From: Psammoneis japonica
Taxonomy: Eukaryota
DNA length: 20,000 nucleotides
Assembly: GCA_008632985.1 (NCBI GenBank)
Contig: QPGO01000151.1
Span: forward strand, 176,553-196,552
Reading direction: 5' to 3'
Shown piece by piece: positions 11,261 to 20,000 of the stretch. The notes under the pieces are model-generated. The model searched no databases. It saw only the letters and a list, made by a program, of their open reading frames with translations, and was not told the origin of the DNA. Made by a program: the position numbers and the translations under genes. Every line of letters begins with the position of its first letter. The first letter of the stretch is position 1.

Positions 11261-11781
11261 ATGTCTTTTCTTCTCAAGTCACCCTTGCTCAAGTCGCTGT
11301 TTCGGGTGCCTGCCCCACCGCGGCCTACCGTTCCATCCGGAAAACAGCGAATTTGTGTCGCGGGATATGGCACATCGCACAACACGGGAAGGGCTCAAAA
11401 AATTGCTTTGGAAATCTCGCTGCTCCATCCAGATCGTTTCGAGACTTGGTTTTACTTTTCCTCTTTTCATTATCATGACTTTTTGAAAGAAATCAAAAAG
11501 GAGATTCCAAAAGAGCAATTGACTAGCAAATCCACAATGGATTCGGAAGGAACCATGGTTGAACACCGCTCGTCGCCTTTTGTTTGGTTGGAGCGCTCGG
11601 ACGAGAAAAATGACAAGATTATCGACGCTATTGGAGGCGAGACAGATTTTGTGAATGGGTCAACAAGCAGTTCCCAAATGATGCATCGATCCAAAAGTTG
11701 GCAACACTCAATGAACCTCCGCTGACGGAACTGTTCTTTGACAATGCAACACCGGGTGGAACGTGGATGGAGACGAAATGA
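11261..11781 (+). CDS. Glutaredoxin/thioredoxin-like fold protein lacking CxxC; apparent 1-nt frameshift at ~11637
   Basis: RICVAGYGTSHNTGRA...HRSSPFVWLE...IGG, then in the -1 frame RDRFCEWVNKQFP...GGTWMETK* (stop 11779-11781). The cis-Pro-like SP and IGGxD motifs are typical of the Grx fold. Confidence 0.7.
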
Positions 11782-12232
11782 TTAGTTATGGATTACTGAC
11801 TCTCCAACAACCGGCAACTCGTTCGTATCGAGTATAAAGATGTAGAATTGTTGGTAGCCATATAAAGTAATAGAACTCTACCCAGTTAGGGAGGTTGTTA
11901 GAGAACAGCCAGCAGGTTCAACCGGAAAGTATTGTAGCTTAAGAGCAGCACATTGCAAGGCTCCTGGCACGACGAAACAAGAAAGGCACTGAAAACTTGA
12001 TGCGGCCTTCTGTGTTCCGACCATAAGGTGACATTCGACCCAACCACCGGATTGGTAAAGAAAAACAGTGCAGTATTATTAGGTACCTTGCAGCGATACG
12101 GAGCATAACTAACTTTGAAAGTCAAAATCGTTGTGCTAATTGTTACACAATGTGAATATTTGGGATCGGTAGCAAGTAAAGAATGAAAAGTGATGCTTTG
12201 GAACCTAAAGCAGCGCAGATGTACTACACTAT

Positions 12233-13523
12233 TTAGTCGTCCATCGGAAAGGCCTCTTCGTTCTCGATTTCATTCAAGTGCGGGTCAGACTCTTCTTCCA
12301 ATATCGTTGCACACCTACTAGCTCCCTCGACAAGGACACCCAGGGAGGCGCTGCGAGGTCTTCGCGAGTATGCTCGGCCTCCTTGATCGCTCTCTGATGT
12401 AAGGAGGGATTCGACAGTAGGATCATTTCGATTGCCGACAAAGTCATGCGGAACAAGAACTGATCTCCCTTGCTTGACCTTGAACGTCGAAGTTTCATCG
12501 CAGCTTTCTGCTCTCAAGCGGCGCTGCTTGGCCGCAACCCCAGAGAGCTCGACGAGCCCTCCTTGCACACGGTCATCTCGAGTGGCATTCAGGAGAGCTG
12601 TCATTTTATCCATATACGTTGAAGTGCTGTCTAGACTCTTTCCCAGCATCGACGGAACAACGGGCCCTCCAGGTGTAGCTTGACATTCAGTAGCAGCAGC
12701 AACTGCGCTTATTTTCCCGCTCATCAACTCAGAAGCGGAGGGCAGACTAGTACTAAACATAGATTCTCCAGTTGAGTCTTGAGGTTGTCTGCACGGTGGC
12801 GGCGGCATCGCTTTGGCAGACGAAGAACGAATGAGTCGGCCTGGAATAACAACACTAGTCGTTTCAGATGAATGCTTTTGTTTTGACAATGCCCGTCTCG
12901 TCTTTCCTCCGCCGGGTGAATGCTTTCCCCCTTCAAGTATGCTCCTTGCATGTCTTGCCATGAGTGAGCAGACGAGACATACATGTTGTTGTTGCTGCCG
13001 TCCAGAGGCTTTCTGCGCTTGCTTTTGTCTGCCTTGACGAGCTCTGATCTCTCGGCACTGATCATAATGAGCAAGAAGTTTTCTCGTTTGACAGCACCCT
13101 TGAAACTCCTTTGGGCATTCTGAGCTTCCCACAGCCTTACAGGTCTTGATATGCAAAAGGACAATTTTCGATTCGGCACAGCCTCTTACAGGACACCGAT
13201 AAGGGCTCTCGTTGCAACGCTACACCCGACGATACAGAGCCAGTAAGTGAGAATGGCATTAACGGAGAATACTCACAAAATAATTCGTAGAAGAAACTTA
13301 CCTGAGCATGCAATATTATGCACAGCGACGCCGCAGCCTTTTTAGCCTTGGATACAACCGCACCAACATCCGAAGAGCATGAAGGCGATTTCCTATCTAA
13401 AAGTCGTGGTGAAGTTGTCTCGTTCTCAGATCCCATTGGATCAGTTACGTTGTCATCGCTGATGTTTCTCGAACTAGCTTCACTCATTGGTCCCACGGCA
13501 TCACAAACAACAGGAGCTGTCAT
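12233..13523 (-). CDS. TAZ-type zinc-finger protein; exons 13523-13302 and 13219-12233
   Basis: Intron 13220-13301 (GTAAGT..TAG) gives ILHAQ|RCNESPYRCPVRGCAESKIVLLHIKTC...CPKEFQGCCQTRKLLAHYDQC...CLVC, i.e. three HxxxC-C-C Zn sites, then a low-complexity tail. Confidence 0.85.
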
Positions 13524-13952
13524 TGGGAGGACGTCCTTGTGGACTGCCTTCCACTTTTGTTATCCCAATGTATTTCAAATCCGAAAATCAATTTCTTTTC
13601 ATCGATTTTGTGGTTGTCGTTCCATCAATCAAATCGAATTCTTGCGTCTGGCGCGAGCAAAAGCAGTGGATGGAGATGGATGAATTCTGTTCGTTTGCTC
13701 CTCGCCAACCATCAGTCTTGCTTTGCGTTTTTCTCACTTGCGCACACAGAAATTGGTGGTGGATGTTGACGTCGCTTGTCGTAGAAAGGACACAGAGAAC
13801 CTCGTACGAAATGTGTGGCTACAGAGGATTTCGGTACAAACGCACGGCCGGTGAGTCGGTCGCGTGGCGCCAATCAAAATTCAATTATTAATGAACTTAT
13901 AAGATATATACTCTGGTTCAAGTTGGAAGATTGTCTGTGTGTTGTCGTGTCA

Positions 13953-14100
13953 GACTACGGTACTACTCCGTAGTATAAGTACTACTCTAGTAGTTGATTT
14001 CGGCGCGGGCACAAAACAGGACCATGCTCTCTCTAGCTAGAGTAGTAGCTACTACTCTCTCTAGAGTAGCTAGCTAGCTAGCTAGCTAGCAGTAGAGAGT
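13953..14100. repeat. TAG/CTA-rich patch with (CTAG)n microsatellite
   Basis: GACTACGGTACTACTCCGTAGTATAAGTACTACTCTAGTAG and GTAGCTAGCTAGCTAGCTAGCTAGC. Confidence 0.8.
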
Positions 14101-14175
14101 AAAGAAATCGAAAGCCACTCGTGCTGGAGGACAATGAGATTAAGAAGAACTATCGATCGATATAGCTGTTGCTTA

Positions 14176-15602
14176 CTATGGCTTCCAGAGAAAGCTATCA
14201 AACATTCGCTTTCCCATTTCAACGCCCAGAAAGAGAGCAGCGTTCGCTGGGAAAGCTCGAAGAAGTGTTGGCCCTAATCCGCTAAAAAGACCTGGCACAC
14301 CCCTTTCTCGCGCGATTTGCATCAACTTAGGAAAATAGCTACCGACAACCTTTGTGTCCCAGCTAGATTGCACATTTGTCTTTGGCACGTCAAACGGCAT
14401 GGCGACTGAAAACAACCCATAATGCAAATGAAACGGTGAGAGGACCCGTCAGTCTCGTCAATGTTGACTAGAAACGTCAACAGGCAAAATCTGTCTTACC
14501 TGTCCATCCAAACATACCGGCTAGCCCCCCACTTCACAGCGGCCACAATGTATTTCGAATCAGGGAAGAGAAAGCATTCAGTCTTGTTATCGTTTCGATA
14601 GCAACAATCAGCAGGTAGGGCCCTACATCGCCTCACCTTATAAAGAAATTCAATTCATCTGGCATAGATGGTGTGTACGTTCGGAAAAAGTATTTAGATA
14701 GCTCGTACCCACCAAAGAAAAAGGCATAGAAGGATCCATCACGCATCAATTGAGCATCAAAACCTACAAACATTGACTGGGGGGTCGAAAACACACTAAA
14801 CGATTCAGTGGATCATCTGCGCACGGCGAAGAGTTTCGTCGCATTTTCCGGACGTACCCTGATTCCTTGCTTCTTCAACATTTCTCTAATGATGTCATTG
14901 GATGATTTTGAACCAACAACTACCTGCGTCTTTGCCTTTATGGCGCGAGTGGTGAACGCAACTTATGTGAGTGATCGAGTTTTTCGTTGGAAGTAAAATT
15001 ATGTCGACCCTCAGGGACTGGTATCCTTACCTTCACAACCTCACTCGGCAACAAGACAGTTGCAGAGCAACAGCCAGTAAATGATCCCTATCGCGTATAC
15101 AGTGAGAAAGAAACCATGGTGACAAAGATATTAGCAACGCTGTACGAAAAACAAGCAGGCTGTTGACGGACTCGGCCACCCACCATGAAAAACGGCTTAA
15201 CGAGATCAGGTCGTCCACCTTGAATTCGTTCTTCTGGATCGTCGGGGAAAGCTCGTTTTAGCGCTTCATTCACTCCGAAGGCCATTGCATTCTCAAGAGC
15301 CATTCCCGCTGCCGTTGGGACCGACCCTTTCCAGAAAGCTGCTATACCCTAGTTGCGAAATCAAAGTAAACTGAGAAAAGAAAACAAGAAAAAATTCCCG
15401 CACACTAACACTCCTCACTTCATACCTCATTTTTGAATATGCTTGATGTGGTTGAAAGAACTCCAGGATATTCCGCAGGATTCGTCTGCATTCTAACCTT
15501 GATCGTGTCGAGAGGCTGACCAGTATAACAGCAAGTTATCGATCCTAACGTCGCCGAAAATACGTCCTTGCTCACTTCACGAGGGTCGGCAATGTCTCCC
15601 AT
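14176..15602 (-). CDS. Mitochondrial carrier (SLC25), probably amino-acid/ornithine/carnitine type; 7 exons: 15602-15426, 15348-15184, 15087-15031, 14935-14858, 14776-14637, 14531-14500, 14405-14176 (292 aa)
   Basis: Three Px[DE]xxK signatures (PLDTIKVRMQ, PSEVVKAKTQ, PFDVPKTNVQ), FWKG, LMRD and LLRAFPANAALF. Six GT-AG introns give an intact 879-nt frame. Confidence 0.92.
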
Positions 15603-16681
15603 GGTTGCTTGCGCTTTCCCTGCTAATATTTCGAACTAAGTTGGAAAGTGCGCTCTCTGCCGATGCCACAACAGAAGAGTTCAAGTGGCGCGCGGTTGAG
15701 TGGATTTGGAGAGATTTGAAGTGGTTTTTGTGAAAATCGTGTTGTGAGAAAAAAATTGCAGCCAGCAGCCAAAATCGGTCTTGAGACAGAGGCTGGTTGT
15801 GCCATTGCCCAGGCAGGTGCGAGATCTCAGAGATGCAAGTGGATGTCAAAGCGATGAGAGCTCTGCAAGAGCCACCCACAGCTCCATGGCCATGTTTAGA
15901 TGGGAAAATGCAAAACCTTGTCTTTCTGCCCTCAGTGTCTGAGCTGCCTGTCTGTGGGGCATGGCGGGCGGCAGCACCAAGACACACAACAGCAGCTTTC
16001 ACTGCGGCAGATGAAAAACACACTCCCGGCAACAGGCATGCAAAAAAAGACTTCTGCAGCAAGCCAAAAAGGGCAGCAAGCTTGAGCTCAGCTCTCAAAA
16101 TGTGAGGTGCAGATTGGCCCATTGAGAGTGGTGGGGGGGTGCTGCTGGTGTGTCACCTGCTTGTGCAGCACTTTGTCCGTGCTTTTTGCTTTGAGTTTCT
16201 TGGCTCTCCAGCCTCTTGTGTGTGAAATGTCACATGTCACAAGGCATCCATCACCCAGCTGTTTCATTGCAGCATTGTCTGCTCTCCAAATTTGCTGACA
16301 AACAAACTCCTTCTTTTGTTGCAACCACCATGACACTCAACAACTGTCACACCACAGTGGCGCGCAGCACACCAGCCAGCCAGACAACACAGCTGATCAT
16401 CAGCCAGCAAGCACACAAGCATGCACACACATCAACATGCATCAAAAACAACTTCATAATTTCATGTGCAGCTGACACCCCCCCTGGAGCATTTTTTCAG
16501 TTTGTCAAAGTTCTCTCTGTTGTGCTGCCAGAGTCTTCAATTTTGGAGCCAGCTCAAGATCTGGCTGCACAGAGACCACCAGCATGCCATTTGAGGTCAT
16601 GACTTGGCAGGAGTTGCAACAGCAACACACTTGTTTTTTTTGTTCTCATGTGTGCACCACTTAAAAAAAATGAGATCTGTT

Positions 16682-16860
16682 CATCTGGCGGGGCAATGAT
16701 CTGACATCGCATGTGCGCAACGTGCCAACAAATTTTTGATTTTAATTTGAACATTCTTGCATGCTGTGCAAGAAATCTTGGTTCTGATTTCAACATTTTT
16801 GGCATGTTGTGCAAGAAAACTCAAATGTGACAAGCACACGGATGACATTCCAAACATTTT
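16682..16860 (-). repeat. Dispersed repeat, copy B (partner of 547-746)
   Basis: Reverse complement aligns to 547-746 apart from a ~20 nt indel; differences are dominated by TG<->CA and CG<->TG/CA. Confidence 0.9.
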
Positions 16861-17350
16861 CAAGTGCAGCACTTGGTCGCCTTTCACCGTGTGACAAATT
16901 GCTTTCCGTTCACTCCTCTTTTCAGCATGAAACAAATTGCTTTCTGGTCACTCTGCTTTTCACCATGTGACAAACCACTTTCCATTCAATCCCCAATTCA
17001 CATCACTTGCAAACTCTGCTTTTCTTTTCTTTTAAGGCCAATTTTGTTCTGACATTCAAATGACATCCTGTCTCTAATCCAACTTGCATTGGTTCCAGAT
17101 GTGAGTTGATTCTTGGTTAATTTTGCTGTTGTTGTTGTGCACTGTTTGCCAGTGAGTGTTGCCATTCAGCTGCCTGTGCGTTCGTGCTGAGCTCCTTGGC
17201 CGCTGCTGTGGGTTGTTGTTTGCTCTGCCTTCTCCTGAACCCATTCAGGTTGAAGCACTGTTGTCCATGGCCTCTGCTGCTGGAGTCTCTTCCTCTCTTT
17301 TCTTGTGTCCATTGTTCCTCCCTGCTGCTTCCCCTTTGCTGTTGCTCCAA

Positions 17351-18502
17351 TCAGTTTTTGGAGCTGCCCATCCCTTCACACTGTTCTTTTTTTTTCCTCT
17401 TTCTTTTCTTTCCCCACGCACTCTCCAATTTCTTTGTCTGCAGGTGTTGTGCATCAACTCTGGCACACTCTGTTCTCTCCTCCACCACCACATTGTGCAG
17501 CTCATTCATTGTGCCTTTTGATTCCACTCTGGCTCCATTTTTGATTTCTCTTTTCTTCCTGTCCCTGGAATGTGCACTTTGGGGGCACGGGCTGTGTTGG
17601 CTCTTGCACCTCTTGTCCTCCTTGAATTGGGTTTCTGTCTCCACCATTGCCATCATCATCCAGCAGCAGTTGTTGCACATGAGCCTTGCAAAAGCCTCCA
17701 TGCTTGTCATCAGCCAATCACCAATGGCCTGGTTTTCCTCTGTCTCAAATTGTTCCATTCCAGCTGCCATAGAACAGAGCTGTTCTAAGAACTGGATGTG
17801 CACCGGTGGTGATGCCCTTTGCTTTTCAATGTCTGCTGCACTCTCTAGACCCCGTGTCTGGCCATGGCCAACCAATGACAAATGTGTGAGCAGCACTTTC
17901 CATCCCATTTGCATGCCACCTGCATCGCATGTGCCAATCGTCTTTTTCCAAAATGCCTCCTGTCTGTTGTTTCATCTCTGATTTAGTCTTTTCCTCACCT
18001 TCTCCTTGTTCAGCTCCCAGCAAGCTGTGCAGTCACTGTTGGCCACATTGAGGTGCTTGCAAACCTTTTTCTGCATTTTGCTGCCAAACACCAACTCAAC
18101 ATTGTCATGCACTACAAACTTGGTCTTTGGGTGCACTGCCATCACAACACAGTTGGTCATTTGACCATCCATGAACTTCCTCTTGGCTTCCTCTGAGCTG
18201 ACGACTAACATCCCTGCAATCTCCACATTTTGGGATCCCATCTCTGCCACATCATGGGTGCCAACTGTAACCAACAACACAGTCCGTGTCAGCGGCATGC
18301 CCGTGTCTGTCTCAGTGTTGCTCTTGCCGCAATGCACTGCCTGATGAATTGTTTCATGCTGACATGATTGCCCACCCATCTCCACAGTGTTGTGCACACA
18401 ATTTTTTTTCTTCCGCCTTGAATGGAGGCCAATTGTGCCTGCCAGCATGCCAATGGCCTGTCTTTTTTTCTGCTCCTCCTCTTTGAATGCCAAAATTTTC
18501 AA
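17351..18502 (-). pseudogene. Fossil protein-coding sequence, probably a TE-associated ORF
   Basis: ORFs 17972-18502 and 17351-17914 are in one frame, separated by a single TGA (R-*-N-N, plausibly CGA->TGA). Protein-like segments PKTKFVV..ELVFGSKMQKKVC..WELNKEKVRKRLNQR and TSMEAFARL..NN; no Tyr. Confidence 0.5.
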
Positions 18503-20000
18503 ATGGGTCAGTTCACAACATCAGCTCATGCATTGTGGCATTTCGTTTGAATGGCGGTTTTTGCCATTTGCAGGCTCACATTGCATGCACACTGTTGCAC
18601 ATTGCACGCTAAGAACAATGACACTGCCACTTTTTGCATGCCAAAATTTTCAAATGGAATGCCAATTTTTGTTGCTTAGCTCATGGTTTGCTTTCCATTC
18701 CCCTGTGCTCTCATCCGTTGCTTGTCATCCAGTCTTCGACCTCTGACCCATCATCCTTGCTTGTCTTGGCCCATTGTTCCTTGAATCTTGGAACAAGTGT
18801 TCCAGGGAAGTGTCCAACCCCCCGTGATGTCCCTCCATGGCCGCATGGACACCAGCACAGTGTGCCCTCAGTCCAATGAGTTTCTTTCATTTGCAAAAAA
18901 CACCAGGTCTCCGCTGACTGTCGGAGGCCACCAATCAGTTGCTGGCAAGGGTTCCAATCCCCTGTCATGCATTTGCAGATGAGCTGCATTCAATGAAGTT
19001 TGGCCATCCTCAATGTCAATTGGTTCCCATTGACGTGGTGGCAGAGCACACATGATTTTTGGGAATCTGCAAGTGTTGTCTCCATGCTTGCATGCTGCCA
19101 CAATGGCGGGAGGCAGATGACTCTGCTGGCACATGTGCTTCGCCACTTTCCTGTGGCTGAAACTGAGAGGCAAAGTTGCTTTGTCCAATTGCTCTTCACA
19201 ATGGACCCTGCTCCACCCCACAAACTCTTCCAAAATGTTGGGCATCCTCCATCTGTCAAAGTCCTGTCTGTTGAAGTCCAGCCATCCTGCAACAATGTGA
19301 CAATTGACATCTCAACAGCTGCAGTGCAGCCTGCTTTCGTCCAGCTCATGGTGTAAATTCCATGGGTGGAAATCTGCAAAGGCACTGTGCAATCACCCCA
19401 CGAGTGCAGCCATCCTGTGTTTCTGTGTTGAAGCAAACCTTGGATCACCCATGTCACTCCATCGCTCCTTGCATGCATCTTCAGCTGCACTTGTCTCTTG
19501 CAAAGCACGTGTTGCATGTTGCTGCATCTGTTTGTTCACTGTGTCCATTTTCAACAGGTTTTTCACATCAAATGTGAAAAGACAAAGTCCACAATGCTCT
19601 CTGTTGATGCCAGGTTACCCAGCTCATCCATTTGCAGGCAATGACAACAAAACCCCGGCAACGCACGCATGGTTTTTTCTGTGTTGCTGTTCTTTGTCAA
19701 CTTGCTCATGATTTGTCAGATGCATTCTCTCTTGCCATCCATTTCACAGTGTCCTGGATTTTGCCTTTGTTGCAAAAAGATGAAAAGGGGGGCATCAGTC
19801 ATGACTTTCACCAACACTCAAAATTTTTGTTTCCGGGCAGTTGACACATCCTTTGCCACAACATGAAATTTTAGTTTGGGGCAGTTGTCTCATCATCAGC
19901 CCAATGAAACTGTGCTGTTTCCTCAAACACCTTGATTGCAGCATCTTGTTGGTCCATCTTTTGTTGTGTGCAATGAAATGCTTTCACTTCTGCACATTTC

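Larger units (their letters stand above)
15640..20000. mobile_element. Decayed repeat/transposon-derived domain, TpA-depleted and TG/CA-rich
   Basis: About 19 TA in ~4360 bp by hand count, with TA-free runs such as ~15900-16450 and ~17125-17765. Contains a copy of the left-flank repeat and a fossil ORF. Confidence 0.7.

Noticed and set aside
3221..15602. Functional gene cluster
   Set aside because: The genes have unrelated functions and mixed orientation.
16040..16090. Weak similarity to the 319-359 hairpin
   Set aside because: Too short to distinguish from chance in biased sequence.
547..16860. Inverted repeat copies as termini of a giant element carrying the gene island
   Set aside because: Copies are short, diverged and lie 1-1.6 kb inside the repeat blocks; cargo is ordinary host genes; no transposase or target-site duplication is visible.
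18700..19600. Possible transposase or reverse transcriptase remnant
   Set aside because: Looks like decayed coding sequence, but I could not identify DDE, RT or HUH motifs even after mentally restoring Tyr and Arg.
15577..19866. Long ORFs such as 17184-17981 (+, 265 aa) and 15577-16122 (-)
   Set aside because: Same stop-depletion artefact; 17184-17981 is antisense to the fossil ORF.
15640..20000. Alternative genetic code or foreign/viral insert as the cause of missing Tyr and stops
   Set aside because: Depletion affects all frames, both strands and non-coding repeats, and copy-to-copy TG/CA swaps indicate mutation after copying.

Overview
Eukaryotic DNA, most likely a diatom or other stramenopile (77-105 nt GT-AG introns; one gene with a signal peptide followed by an 'SNA-F' plastid-targeting motif). 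A ~13 kb island (about 2.4-15.6 kb) holds seven genes: serine palmitoyltransferase LCB2, a putative plastid membrane protein, a BSD-domain protein, a CCT-domain regulator, a Cys-less glutaredoxin-like protein, a TAZ zinc-finger protein and a 7-exon mitochondrial carrier. Three of them have apparent single-base frameshifts, probably assembly errors. The island is flanked by decayed repeat-like domains (1-~2340 and ~15640-20000) in which TpA is almost erased (hand count ~15 and ~19 sites), CpG is moderately depleted and TG/CA is abundant. Repeat copies within these domains differ by repeated TG<->CA double swaps, the pattern expected if palindromic TA (or CG) was mutated on alternative strands. 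This suggests a repeat-targeted TA->TG/CA hypermutation process, opposite in direction to fungal RIP, and is the main candidate for an undescribed system. All counts and alignments were done by eye.
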